Assembly (NCBI GenBank): GCA_002450835.1
Contig: DKAM01000030.1
Coordinates: forward strand, 63,688-127,687
Reading direction: 5' to 3'
DNA: 64,000 nucleotides
Source of the DNA: Dehalococcoidia bacterium UBA6926
Lineage (GTDB): Bacteria > Chloroflexota > Dehalococcoidia > UBA6926
The translations under genes and the position numbers were made by a program. The notes under the pieces are model-generated. The model saw only the letters and a list, made by a program, of their open reading frames with translations, was not told the origin of the DNA and did no database searches. This document shows, piece by piece, positions 1-10,157 of the stretch (positions are counted from its first letter, which is position 1; every line of letters begins with the position of its first letter).

Positions 1-769
1 TTTCCGAAACCCAATGGCAGACCCAGGAATCATCGGTGTATCAGCAGGAGGTTCATTTGGCGCGGTGATAGCGATCACACTACAGTTGGATAAATATTTG
101 TTTATCTCAGTCCCAGCATGTGCTTTCATCGGATCATTATTAGCATCAATTATCGTATATAGTTTTGGGCATTCAAAAGGTCAACTATCAATGCCAGCAT
201 TATTACTGGCAGGAGTAGCGGTATCAGCGTTTTTCAGTTCATTAATATCTGCGATAGTCGTACTAGAAAAAGACACGAACTCTGTGCGTGAAATACTGTT
301 TTGGCTTGCTGGGGGTTTAGACTCTCGATCTTGGGAACATGCAATTACTGCAGGACCATTAATAATACTTGGGGCCATCCTAATCATGTTTTATAGCAGA
401 GATTTAAATTTACTGAACTTAAATGATGATGATGCAAAAGCCATGGGAATTAATGTAAATGTGACCCGGCCTTTTTTAATAATTTTGTCTGCTTTGCTAA
501 CGGGAATGGCGGTTGCAGTAAGTGGAACGATAATATTTGTAGGCCTTATAACGCCCCACATATTACGTCTTATCGTCGGCCCTGATCATCGAATTCTAGT
601 TCCTCTATCTGCATTGACCGGAGCACTTTTCGTAATATCAGCAGATACATTAGCTAGAACAGTAATTCAGCCAGCTGAATTGCAAGTAGGGATGGTTACT
701 TCATTTTTAGGGGCCCCATTTTTTCTGTTCCTGCTTGTTAAAAACAAAAATCGGTTACACAGCCTATAG
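1..769 (+). CDS. FecCD-family ABC transporter permease (iron-siderophore/cobalamin type); 5' end truncated by the window edge
   Basis: ORF is open to position 2. Multi-TM protein with a typical FecCD/BtuC C-terminal half (GLITPHILRLIVGPDHRILVPLSAL...). Followed by a cognate binding protein. Confidence 0.8.
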   Translation, partial: FRNPMADPGIIGVSAGGSFGAVIAITLQLDKYLFISVPACAFIGSLLASIIVYSFGHSKGQLSMPALLLAGVAVSAFFSSLISAIVVLEKDTNSVREILFWLAGGLDSRSWEHAITAGPLIILGAILIMFYSRDLNLLNLNDDDAKAMGINVNVTRPFLIILSALLTGMAVAVSGTIIFVGLITPHILRLIVGPDHRILVPLSALTGALFVISADTLARTVIQPAELQVGMVTSFLGAPFFLFLLVKNKNRLHSL

Positions 770-781
770 GAGGATCAAGTT

Positions 782-1822
782 TTGAATCAACTAAACCCTA
801 AAAAAAATAGAATAAAGCCACTATTACTCACAATAATATCTTCGCTCATGGCCTCTATATTATTAATAATTGGGATTAACGTGGTAAAAGATCCTGCCAC
901 CAGTACTATAGAAAAAAAAGACCCAGTGGTTGATCAAAATATCTGGCCTAGAGAAGTAAATGCGTTAAATGGTACAGTTCTAATCTTAGATAAACCTCAA
1001 AGAATCTTAACAGCATCAGTTGGTCACGATGAGCTAACCGTCGCACTCGTAAAATTAGATAAACTTGTTGGTGTAGCGGGTATTACAAAAAATCAAACGT
1101 ATTCAAATGTCGCTGACTTAGTACAAAGTATTCCAGAAATAGATAGAGATCCAGAGAATATTGTAGCTTTAAACCCTGATATCGTCGTGACAAGTGAATA
1201 TTTCCCAGAGGAATCCATTCAAAGATTGAATGATCTAAACATACCCGTTATCCAAACAGGTATGGCATCTAGCATCGAAGAACAAAAGGATACTATATTA
1301 CTGTTGGGGCGCATCTACGGTGAAGAGCAAAGAGCTACTCAATTAGTCGCAGAAATAGCGGAAAGATATGATTTCATCCAATCGGTAATCGAGCAACAGA
1401 ATGGATCCAAAAAGAAGAAGGTGCTTTCGATCACCCGATATTCAGATCAAATATGGGCCGCAGGAAGTGATTCAACAGAGGGAATGATCATAGAATCTGC
1501 GGGTGGGATAAATACCGCTGCAGAATCGGGAATTAAAGGAAACATGACAACGAGTATCGAAGGTGTAATCGAAATGGCCCCCCAAATCATCATAATCGCA
1601 CAACCAAGAGAGTCAGGAGGAGATGAATTCCGAGAGTATTTAGTTAATAGTAGAGTTACGCAACAAATACCAGCGGTATCAAATAATAAAATCTACTTTG
1701 TAGAGACCAAACACTTCACTACCCTATCATTCTGGAACATAAGAGGAATCGAAGAGCTCGCGAAGCTTTTATGGCCAGAAGATATAGGAGACAAATCATT
1801 TGGCGGTTTTAGTCTTCCGTAA
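782..1822 (+). CDS. ABC transporter periplasmic substrate-binding protein (class III, FhuD/BtuF/TroA-like); TTG start
   Basis: N-terminal signal/TM anchor. Conserved mid-region typical of iron/B12 binding proteins. Lies directly downstream of the FecCD permease. Confidence 0.75.
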   Translation: MNQLNPKKNRIKPLLLTIISSLMASILLIIGINVVKDPATSTIEKKDPVVDQNIWPREVNALNGTVLILDKPQRILTASVGHDELTVALVKLDKLVGVAGITKNQTYSNVADLVQSIPEIDRDPENIVALNPDIVVTSEYFPEESIQRLNDLNIPVIQTGMASSIEEQKDTILLLGRIYGEEQRATQLVAEIAERYDFIQSVIEQQNGSKKKKVLSITRYSDQIWAAGSDSTEGMIIESAGGINTAAESGIKGNMTTSIEGVIEMAPQIIIIAQPRESGGDEFREYLVNSRVTQQIPAVSNNKIYFVETKHFTTLSFWNIRGIEELAKLLWPEDIGDKSFGGFSLP

Positions 1823-1912
1823 TAGGTAATATAATTAAGGAGATATATAAACTAAATATATGTATACTGTTCACTTAAAATAAGTAAACAATTAATTCTG
1901 GAGATCAGAAAT

Positions 1913-2155
1913 ATGGAAGCGGAAACTACAACAATTGTGCCTATTGTGTATACCTTAAAAACATGTCCTTCTTGCATTGTTCTTAAAGAGGACTGGGAAA
2001 AAGAAGCGATTGAATTCGAAGAACGTCAGGTTGACGAAAACCAAAAATGGTTGGATGAAGCTCGGGAATTTGGTGACATAGTCCCAATCGTTGTATATCC
2101 GGACGGAAAAGTAACTATGGGCTATAAAGATATGATAGGTTGTAATATAGGTTAG
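1913..2155 (+). CDS. glutaredoxin-like small thioredoxin-fold protein (CPSC motif)
   Basis: 80 aa. KTCPSCIVLKEDWEK motif and a C-terminal VYPDGK...GY stretch resemble the NrdH/glutaredoxin family. Confidence 0.6.
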   Translation: MEAETTTIVPIVYTLKTCPSCIVLKEDWEKEAIEFEERQVDENQKWLDEAREFGDIVPIVVYPDGKVTMGYKDMIGCNIG

Positions 2156-2178
2156 GTAGCGGAGCAGGAGTAAATTTA

Positions 2179-2772
2179 ATGTCTAATAATACAAGCGTCG
2201 TAAGTTTAGAGAGATACAATTCTGGCTTAACTTATGAAGACTATGTGCTCAATATCAAAGTAAACAAAGATAGATTCGAAACGTACTATGAAAGCGCAGA
2301 ACTAAAAACGGAAGATAAAGATTTTTTTTCGTCTATTTCATCAACTCCTAATGGAATAAAAAAATTAATGATCATAGGAGAAGATTGGTGCCCAGACGTT
2401 TTCAGAGGGATGCCAGTATTCGCGAGAATTGCTGAAGCAGCTGATATCGAAATGCGAATATTCCCAAGAGATGAAAACCTCGACATTATGGATGAGTTCT
2501 TGAAAGATGGCGAATTTAGATCAATACCAGTAGCTGTATTTTATGATGACCAACTAAATGAAATCGCTAGATGGATTGAAAGACCAGTTATCGGATATGA
2601 ACAATCCAAACAAATTACGGATCGAACAGAAAAAGACATGGGAACCGCTAGTGACCAAGAAAAAAGGAAAAATATCCGAGATCAGATATATGCTCTATAT
2701 CCTTCTTGGCAACAAGAGACGGTGGTAGAAGTAAAACAACTGTTGAGCGTTCAGCTAGTAGATAAGGGCTAA
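2179..2772 (+). CDS. thioredoxin-like family protein (monothiol WCPDV motif)
   Basis: IIGEDWCPDVFRG matches the WCPDC-type thioredoxin-like family, but the second Cys is replaced by Val (codon gtt). Confidence 0.5.
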   Translation: MSNNTSVVSLERYNSGLTYEDYVLNIKVNKDRFETYYESAELKTEDKDFFSSISSTPNGIKKLMIIGEDWCPDVFRGMPVFARIAEAADIEMRIFPRDENLDIMDEFLKDGEFRSIPVAVFYDDQLNEIARWIERPVIGYEQSKQITDRTEKDMGTASDQEKRKNIRDQIYALYPSWQQETVVEVKQLLSVQLVDKG

Positions 2773-3662
2773 CTTCTTTTAAATAAATAATCAAATTGGT
2801 GGGCAATATATAGCAATTTATCACCGTCTACTTGTTCGTGTCTTTCTTTTATCCATAATTCAAGCTGTTGCTTATCGACTTTTGGTTTTCCTATAAGAGC
2901 TTCGTGAACTGTATTAATAATGTAATGTAAGAAATACTGCGTATCAGCATCATATCCGAGGGCAGGAGGATAGATAACCCAATCCGAACTACCAACCGAT
3001 AAGATCTCACCTTCAGAATCTACAAATCGGGATAAAAGGTTACGACCAGTCTTACTATCAAACATTGTTTGGTGATACTGCTCTTCAATAAATGCGTCAA
3101 ATTCATGATCTATAGTTGGGCCAAAATATGTTACACCGTCAAAATTTATTGACGAATATAAAAGGCCACCTGGTTTCAATGTTGCAAAAATACTAGGTAA
3201 GGCTTCTTCAACGTTTAGCAGATCAAGGACAGCCTGCGCAATAACAAGATCAGTGCTCTCGGATTTTTCTTGGGACTTTATAATCTCAACTGCATCTTGG
3301 TCATACAGTTTTAACGTCATAGAGAACGAACCTTTCTTTAAGAACACTTCGTAAGGTGCTAGGTTCTCGATTACGTAATCGTGTTTTTTTGCGAAAGCGA
3401 TGATCCTCTTCTTTGCTTCTTCTATATTTTTTCGAGAAATATCAAAAGCTTCATATTCTCCACTGGGCATCAGTTCCGCTTCCAAGAGGCGCTCAATCAT
3501 AGTTCCTACACCAGCGCCAATTTCGATAGTTTTGAATGGTCGCTCAGTGTTTCTAACATTTAGTTCTGCAGATAAAGCTCCTAAAACTCTTTGATTTAAT
3601 GATAAATCATCAATGTATTTCTTCGATGCAAGATACCTTTGATAACTATACTCAAGATCCAT
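2769..3662 (-). CDS. class I SAM-dependent methyltransferase
   Basis: Motif I IEIGAGVGT and later AFD...LKPGGLL motifs. Last gene of the minus-strand operon. Confidence 0.75.
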   Translation of the reverse strand: MDLEYSYQRYLASKKYIDDLSLNQRVLGALSAELNVRNTERPFKTIEIGAGVGTMIERLLEAELMPSGEYEAFDISRKNIEEAKKRIIAFAKKHDYVIENLAPYEVFLKKGSFSMTLKLYDQDAVEIIKSQEKSESTDLVIAQAVLDLLNVEEALPSIFATLKPGGLLYSSINFDGVTYFGPTIDHEFDAFIEEQYHQTMFDSKTGRNLLSRFVDSEGEILSVGSSDWVIYPPALGYDADTQYFLHYIINTVHEALIGKPKVDKQQLELWIKERHEQVDGDKLLYIAHQFDYLFKRS

Positions 3663-3667
3663 ATTGC

Positions 3668-4747
3668 TTAATACTCCTCTAAAACTTTTACTAGAAAATC
3701 TCTTGAGTTAATCGCAGAATCTTTCCATGTTGGATACCCTGAATAAGTATTCAAAGCCTTCCAACTCATATCGATCAAAGTCTGCGGATGTTTGATCAAT
3801 GATTGCAGGTAGGAAGCTAATGTTTTACTGTCACCTTTATCAATCAAATAGCCATTTTCTCCATGCTGTATAATCTCTTTCGCTGCGCCTTCTGTCGTTG
3901 CTATAGCCGGCAGTCCGAAGCCCATACCTTCTAAATAGACTATTCCGAATCCTTCCCAAGATGAAGGCACAACTAGTAAATCTGAATTATTTAACCGCTC
4001 AGATAATTCTATGTCTGACAAAGCTCCGGAAAATGTTACACGGTCACGCAAACTCAAATTATTCACTAAGGTTATTACATTATCAAAGTATCTAGAATCG
4101 ACATCAGTCTTACCAACAACATCTAAATGCCAAAGATCAGATTTAATCAAACCAAGTGCTTCAACTAGAACCATTAATTGCTTCCTAGGTATTACATTAC
4201 CAATAAAAATAATGTTCAACCGGTCACTAGAAGCTACCCTTGAACTAACAAAATCTCTGGTGATTTTAGTATTAAATCGATCCCCACCGGGGCTCGAAAT
4301 CACGTATGGCTTATCCAAATTAGTAAGAGTTTCGACACTATCCTTGGTGGTATTGCTATTAAAAATATAGCCGTCCACTGACTCCAAATATGCTTTCTCA
4401 ATTTTCTGATATGCCCAATTTGCAACCCTACCGCGCTCTTCATTAGATCTTAGGTGGTGCACTATCGAAATAATAGGGTAATTCCCACGGATTTTTTTGT
4501 TTGCGTGAAAAAGAGATGGATGGTTCAATTCATCTTGTAACATCAAATCTATATCAGGGTCATTCATCATCTTTATTAGCTCTTTAGACCAATTATCTGC
4601 AACATTAGAATGATAAGATTTATTTGGGATTGATATGACTTTAACATCATCCCCTTGGGATTTTAGATAATCGACTAACATCCGATCGTATAAGTAACCA
4701 CCTGAAAGAGTATTTAAACTTCCGTAGATGACCAAAGCAATTTTCAT
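3668..4747 (-). CDS. GT4-family (GT-B fold) glycosyltransferase
   Basis: C-terminal VPSSWEGFGIVYLEGMGFGLPAIAT motif. Its start ATG overlaps the upstream gene's stop (ATGA), so I moved the start to the internal MKIALV. Confidence 0.8.
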   Translation of the reverse strand: MKIALVIYGSLNTLSGGYLYDRMLVDYLKSQGDDVKVISIPNKSYHSNVADNWSKELIKMMNDPDIDLMLQDELNHPSLFHANKKIRGNYPIISIVHHLRSNEERGRVANWAYQKIEKAYLESVDGYIFNSNTTKDSVETLTNLDKPYVISSPGGDRFNTKITRDFVSSRVASSDRLNIIFIGNVIPRKQLMVLVEALGLIKSDLWHLDVVGKTDVDSRYFDNVITLVNNLSLRDRVTFSGALSDIELSERLNNSDLLVVPSSWEGFGIVYLEGMGFGLPAIATTEGAAKEIIQHGENGYLIDKGDSKTLASYLQSLIKHPQTLIDMSWKALNTYSGYPTWKDSAINSRDFLVKVLEEY

Positions 4748-5124
4748 TTTAGAATTCTTGTGTGCGATGCCCATGCTAATGAGTCTTCCCATAATCTAAC
4801 TTCCACAGAATAAACATCCGCAACTGACAAGCTCTTACAAAACATGTCACCAATAATTCTACAAAAGTTCTCCAAGCTAGGATTCAAATTTTCAAACTCA
4901 GGGAAATCATTTAGAGTATTGTCTTTGTAAGTACTAACAATATCATTTATTACGTTTTCAACTTCAACGATATCCACGAGATAACCATGTTGATCCAGTT
5001 CCTCGTTTTCTATGGTGATCTCTAGTCGATACTGGTGTGAATTCAAGTCGTTTTCAGATCCCCAATCTCCTCCAATTAAATAATGCTGAGCAATAAATTC
5101 CCTCAAAACTGCTACTTTATACAT
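4744..5124 (-). CDS. 6-pyruvoyl-tetrahydropterin synthase (PTPS/QueD) family protein
   Basis: MYKVAVLREFIAQHYLIGGDWGSENDLNSHQYRLEI... has PTPS-like N-terminal motifs. I chose the second ATG (MYKV) because a GGAGG RBS precedes it; the first ATG lies inside that RBS. Confidence 0.7.
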   Translation of the reverse strand: MYKVAVLREFIAQHYLIGGDWGSENDLNSHQYRLEITIENEELDQHGYLVDIVEVENVINDIVSTYKDNTLNDFPEFENLNPSLENFCRIIGDMFCKSLSVADVYSVEVRLWEDSLAWASHTRILK

Positions 5125-5156
5125 ACTTACCTCCAAAATAATAAACCTCTATACGC

Positions 5157-6176
5157 CTAAGTATCATATTTGAGAATTACCTGTAAAATATCATCAGAAT
5201 TTTGGTGAAGATTATCATATGCTACTTTAGCTTCCTCGATGGGGTATTCGTGAGTAACCAATCTTGAAGGCTTAATAGCTCTTAACATATCCCACGCAAC
5301 ACTAAATCTACGTTCTTTAGTCCATCTACCAGAAAATTTCGGGTCAATAGTGCTTACCTGACTAGTAATTAGGTTAATTCTGCTTCTGTGAAAAGAATCC
5401 CCTAGGGATAGCTCACTCTTCTTATTGCCATACCAGGAACCAATAATAATCCTACCGTTATATCCAGTTATATCTATAGCATTGTTTAACGATCCTGGAT
5501 TTCCAGAGACTTCATAGACAAGATCAAAACCTTTATATTCCTTATCGAATATCGAATTCATCATAGGTTCTTCAAAAGAACCAAAGGTATGAGAAGCTCC
5601 GAATTCTAATGAAACTCGTCTTCTTTTAATAATCGTATCGAATGTCACAAGATTATCTAACGGAAAAGAATTAAGCAAACTTGTAGTCAACAGACCAACT
5701 ATGCCCTGACCGATAACTGCAACATTCTCCCCAATAACGGGTGAACCATCCATAATAAGGTTCAGGGCTGTTTCCATATTTGGCAAAAATATAGCGTCTT
5801 CGTAACCAATTCCATCTGGAATTTCTATAAGATCTTTGACACTCGTAAAAAAGTGACTCTCGTGTGGATTAAAGGAAAAAACACGGCGACCAATCCATTT
5901 ATTGTCCACATTGGCACCAACATCTATTACTTCTCCCACTGTGGCATAACCATACTGTGTGGGGTAACTAAAAGTTTCACTAAATTCAGGAATAAGTGGA
6001 TCTAGAAGCATCCCTTCAGGTATTTCACCTCGATAGACTAAAAGTTCAGTACCAGCGCTAATACCACTACAAAAACTCTCCACAAGAACTGTATCATCTG
6101 GAACTTTTACATCGAGATTCCGCTCTTTAACTAAAATTTCAAAAGGATTATTAAACACCAAGAATCTATTTTTCAA
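5157..6176 (-). CDS. MDR-superfamily (alcohol dehydrogenase-like) oxidoreductase; TTG start overlapping the upstream stop
   Basis: GroES-like N-terminal domain with catalytic Cys (ESFCSGISAGTE). Rossmann motif VAVIGQGIVG. The canonical GHE zinc motif is replaced by GYA. Confidence 0.7.
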   Translation of the reverse strand: MKNRFLVFNNPFEILVKERNLDVKVPDDTVLVESFCSGISAGTELLVYRGEIPEGMLLDPLIPEFSETFSYPTQYGYATVGEVIDVGANVDNKWIGRRVFSFNPHESHFFTSVKDLIEIPDGIGYEDAIFLPNMETALNLIMDGSPVIGENVAVIGQGIVGLLTTSLLNSFPLDNLVTFDTIIKRRRVSLEFGASHTFGSFEEPMMNSIFDKEYKGFDLVYEVSGNPGSLNNAIDITGYNGRIIIGSWYGNKKSELSLGDSFHRSRINLITSQVSTIDPKFSGRWTKERRFSVAWDMLRAIKPSRLVTHEYPIEEAKVAYDNLHQNSDDILQVILKYDT

Positions 6177-7518
6177 TATTCTCCCAATCAGGGGTTCCCC
6201 AAACTATGAAATCATCTCCGAGTTTTTCATAACCTATATTTCTAAGTCTTGGACGGAAATTACCTAATTTGTTAATGTCGCCAATAGCGTTTAATCCGCC
6301 TAGCAAGCTAGGGGTAAGAGTAATCACAACATGGTCAACTAGTTCACTAAGTATAAATTGGGTTATAACTTGTCGTCCCCCTTCTACCATAATAGACCGA
6401 AATCCCTGTAAATATACGCTCTTGAGAATCTTTTTCAGATCAAGTTTCCCTTCTGCATCCAGCATAACGGAGGAAACACGTAACCCTGCGGCCTCTAATT
6501 CCCTTCTCTTATCATCTGGGGCATCTGGGCCACAAAAAATCCAGGCAGGTGGCCCAGAATTACGCAATAAATTCGCAGTTATTGGAAAACGTAATTGAGT
6601 GTCAAGAATAATTGGCTGAGGATTTATGCCTTCCACTTCTCGCACGGTCAAATCAGGATCATCAGATATAATCGTACCGATGCCCACCAATATCCCATCA
6701 TGTTCCGAGCGAAGAGCATGTGTCATAGCATTTGCTTGTTGCCCACTGATAGAAAAAGGGACCCCCTCATCCAGAGCAATCGAGCCATCAATACTCTGAG
6801 CATAAGTTAAAGTTACAAATGGTCGTTTAAGCTCTGCTTCTTTAGATATATTTTTGGGCGCAATCGGTATTGGAACCCCTCTATAAGCTTTTGTATCAAG
6901 ATCCAACATGTGGCCCATACGTTTCGATTTTGTACTTAAATAGTCGATATTATCTTGATTAGGTATAGTTTCTATGGGTTCACGTTTGGATACATCTATA
7001 CCAAATTTCTCCAAAGCACTAATCTTCAAAGAGTTGTTAGTCAAAAGTTTTACAGACTGGACACCCAAGTCTTCGAGCATAAGACAAGCTACCCTATAAT
7101 CACGCTCATCCGCTTGATGTCCCAATTCAATATTTGCATCAACGGTGTCGTATCCTTCGTCCTGAAGATTATACGCTCTAAGTTTATCCCTTAACCCAAT
7201 GCCTCTGCCTTCCTGTCTCAAATAGATCACTACGCCAGATCCCTCTTCCGATATTTTTTCCATCGCCTGGCGTAATTGATTGCCGCAATCACACCTCCGG
7301 GACCCAAATACGTCACCAGTAAAACACTCAGAATGGATTCGAACTAAAACATCGCTTTTACCTTCTAAAGGCCCTGTTACTAAAGCGACATGTTCCTTAT
7401 CATCCTTATTGTTAGAGTAGTAAATCAACGAGAAATCCCCTTCTTTCGTCGGAATTCTCGCAGAAACATCGCGTGTTACCCTAAGATCAAACATAGCCGT
7501 ACTATTATATAGATCCAA
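6166..7518 (-). CDS. bifunctional GTP cyclohydrolase II (RibA-like) fused to a RibD-type pyrimidine reductase domain (no deaminase domain)
   Basis: N-terminal half closely resembles RibA: zinc Cys (HSECFTGD...RRCDCG), RAYNLQDEGYDTVDAN, LLTNN. C-terminal half matches the RibD_C reductase (TLTYAQSIDGSIA...MVEGGRQV). Alternative start ATG at 7494. Confidence 0.8.
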   Translation of the reverse strand: MDLYNSTAMFDLRVTRDVSARIPTKEGDFSLIYYSNNKDDKEHVALVTGPLEGKSDVLVRIHSECFTGDVFGSRRCDCGNQLRQAMEKISEEGSGVVIYLRQEGRGIGLRDKLRAYNLQDEGYDTVDANIELGHQADERDYRVACLMLEDLGVQSVKLLTNNSLKISALEKFGIDVSKREPIETIPNQDNIDYLSTKSKRMGHMLDLDTKAYRGVPIPIAPKNISKEAELKRPFVTLTYAQSIDGSIALDEGVPFSISGQQANAMTHALRSEHDGILVGIGTIISDDPDLTVREVEGINPQPIILDTQLRFPITANLLRNSGPPAWIFCGPDAPDDKRRELEAAGLRVSSVMLDAEGKLDLKKILKSVYLQGFRSIMVEGGRQVITQFILSELVDHVVITLTPSLLGGLNAIGDINKLGNFRPRLRNIGYEKLGDDFIVWGTPDWENIEK

Positions 7519-7532
7519 ATTAAAAGGTCAAT

Positions 7533-9302
7533 TTATAAGGCAATTGGCAAATCTTCCATTCGGTGTATGGCCTCTTTCCAAACTCCAGCTTCTTGAAGCA
7601 TTTGATTCGCAGTATCCGTAATATTCGTACTAACACCGTACATATTCATTATCTCAGCGTTTTTTTCTGCTCCATTGATGTAAGAATTCTCACTTACCGT
7701 TCGGCCGTTTACTTCTCTTTTTTCAATTCTAATATGATTATCTGCAAACATGGCTAATTGAGGAAGATGGGTTACACAGATCACCTGGTTATTTATTGAA
7801 ATTTTGCTTAATTTTTTTCCTATCACGGATCCCAACCTTCCCCCAATACCATAATCAATTTCATCCAATACAATTGACCTTCCGCTATCAAAATCAATCG
7901 AAGAAGCTTTTAACGCTAGCATTAACCTCGCAGCCTCGCCTCCTGAAGCTATTGTCTGTACCTTTTTAAATGATTCCCCCTTACCAGGTCTTATCATAAA
8001 TTCTAAGCTTTGCAGCAGTTGCCTTTTCTCTATACGATCCATATCTAACCGCAATATGTCTTCTCGTTTATCAGACAAAATTCCGTCTGTAATATTAATA
8101 CAAATATCTGTTGAGTCCATACCTAATTCAGCCAATTCACTTCTGACCGATTCTATGAATGAATCGCAGGCCGCTTTCCTATCCATAGATAGGCTATAAT
8201 TAGCGGTCTGAAAATCTTCAACAGCACTCTCAAATTTTTCTATCGTAGATTCCAATTGCAACTCCACATTTTCGCTAGCTTCCATCTCTTTACCCAGTGA
8301 AGCTACACGCTCTAATAAAATATCAATCGATCCCGCATCATATTTATTCATCAAGGTTTTGATTAGATGAATTCGCTCCAGCAACACATCTAAACGCTTG
8401 GGGTTATCCTCCAGCCCATCAAGATATTTCCTTAGAAAGTTCCCTGCGTCATTCAAATCATTCGCGATGATCTCAAAATTTGAGTGCACTAATTCAAATT
8501 CTTGATCAAAATTTGAAGCCTTAGCTAGATGCGTTAAAACACTATTTAATTGATTTCGAAGTGAATAATTTTCATCTGTGGACCCATAGATAGCTTCCAA
8601 AGATGACTGCGCTGAATCGACCAAAAGCTGGACATTCGACAAAATTTTTACCTGGGCCTCAAGCTCTTTAAGCTCTCCAGATTTAAGTTGTGCCTGGGAT
8701 ATCTCATCATATTGTTGATTAATAAGGTCATGATTTTCTCTATTCTCCAACGAGGCATGTTCCAGTTCAAATATCGCTGATCGATATTCCAATAGACTAG
8801 AAACCATACGCTCAACATCGTTTGCTCTATCAGAAAGGCCAGCATGCGCGTCAAAAATAGTCAGTTGCTGTTCAGATTCATATATCTTATTATGATCTCC
8901 TTGCCTATGTATGTCAGAAACTATACCGCCAATCCGATTGAGCAATTTTAATGATATTTTTTTTCCATTTAAATACGCTATGTTTTTTGATTCACGAGTA
9001 TACCGTCTACCTAAAAGAATGTCATTGGTCGTATTCAAATTGACCAATTTACCAAGATCCAATGTTTCTAATTGTTTTTTAGATTCAGCATTTAAAGAAA
9101 AAAGACCTTCTACCAGAAATTCATCTTCCCCAAATCGTATATCGTATACCCCTGGTTTTGCTCCGCAAATCAAAGCGATTGCACGTACTATCAGGGATTT
9201 TCCAGAGCCGGTCTCGCCAGTTAGCACAGTAAACCCCGACGTAAAATCGACATCAATTGAATCTATTAAACCAAGGTTTCGAATCAACAGTTTCTTCAAC
9301 AT
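7533..9302 (-). CDS. recN: DNA repair protein RecN
   Basis: N-terminal Walker A (LTGETGSGKSLI), long coiled-coil, C-terminal signature and Walker B. 589 aa. Confidence 0.9.
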   Translation of the reverse strand: MLKKLLIRNLGLIDSIDVDFTSGFTVLTGETGSGKSLIVRAIALICGAKPGVYDIRFGEDEFLVEGLFSLNAESKKQLETLDLGKLVNLNTTNDILLGRRYTRESKNIAYLNGKKISLKLLNRIGGIVSDIHRQGDHNKIYESEQQLTIFDAHAGLSDRANDVERMVSSLLEYRSAIFELEHASLENRENHDLINQQYDEISQAQLKSGELKELEAQVKILSNVQLLVDSAQSSLEAIYGSTDENYSLRNQLNSVLTHLAKASNFDQEFELVHSNFEIIANDLNDAGNFLRKYLDGLEDNPKRLDVLLERIHLIKTLMNKYDAGSIDILLERVASLGKEMEASENVELQLESTIEKFESAVEDFQTANYSLSMDRKAACDSFIESVRSELAELGMDSTDICINITDGILSDKREDILRLDMDRIEKRQLLQSLEFMIRPGKGESFKKVQTIASGGEAARLMLALKASSIDFDSGRSIVLDEIDYGIGGRLGSVIGKKLSKISINNQVICVTHLPQLAMFADNHIRIEKREVNGRTVSENSYINGAEKNAEIMNMYGVSTNITDTANQMLQEAGVWKEAIHRMEDLPIAL

Positions 9303-9363
9303 AAAGCACCTCTATTATCAGAACAATAATAGAACATACGTTCTCTGTCAAGAAGGGCTCTGC

Positions 9364-9978
9364 CTATTTATCGCTCTCAAGTATAGTAACTTCCTCGAGA
9401 GTCTGGCCAGGAGTAGCAGAAGATGCTGGGTCACGAGGTTCTATAGCAAGAGCAATGTCGAGACCATCTATAACACGGCCAAACACTGCATGGCGATCAT
9501 CTAAATGTGGTGTTGCGACAAAAGTTATAAAAAATTGACTCCCATTAGTCCCTGGTCCTGCATTAGCCATAGAAAGAATACCAGGTGAGTCATGGCGTAG
9601 TGTCTGATCAAATTCATCATCAAATCTATACCCAGGTCCTCCCATTCCGGTACCGCTGGGATCACCTCCTTGAGCCATAAACTCTGGGATTACTCGGTGA
9701 AAAGTAGTTCCGTCATAATATTTATCTCGGGCAAGAAAAACAAAGTTGTTCACGGTAACCGGAACTTTATCTGCAAAAAGTTCAACTGTGAAATCCCCTG
9801 CTGATGTTTTGAATATTGCATGGTACGTCTTATTAGGGTCAATCACCATGCTAGGTGCCTCATTATATTTATTCACCAACAACTCTCCTTCATTTTTTTC
9901 CTCTGTCAAACATCCAATTGATATTAACAATACAATACTAGAGAGTATAACAAGTTTTACAATTATTTTATGTAACAT
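9364..9978 (-). CDS. cyclophilin-type peptidyl-prolyl cis-trans isomerase, predicted lipoprotein
   Basis: [15 protein letters not shown]...GSQFFITF cyclophilin core. Start moved to the internal [23 protein letters not shown], a signal peptide with lipobox. Confidence 0.85.
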   Translation of the reverse strand: MLHKIIVKLVILSSIVLLISIGCLTEEKNEGELLVNKYNEAPSMVIDPNKTYHAIFKTSAGDFTVELFADKVPVTVNNFVFLARDKYYDGTTFHRVIPEFMAQGGDPSGTGMGGPGYRFDDEFDQTLRHDSPGILSMANAGPGTNGSQFFITFVATPHLDDRHAVFGRVIDGLDIALAIEPRDPASSATPGQTLEEVTILESDK

Positions 9979-10157
9979 TTGTATCCTAACGACAACGATT
10001 AAAGCTTGATTGCAATGGTACAGATGTATGCTATGTACTAGCACTAAACTGATTTGTTATTCAACAATTTTGAGATAATATAGATTATCGCCATAAATCA
10101 CCTTGCTATAAATATATCAATAAACACAAATTGTAAAATTGAGGTTAAAAACAGAAC

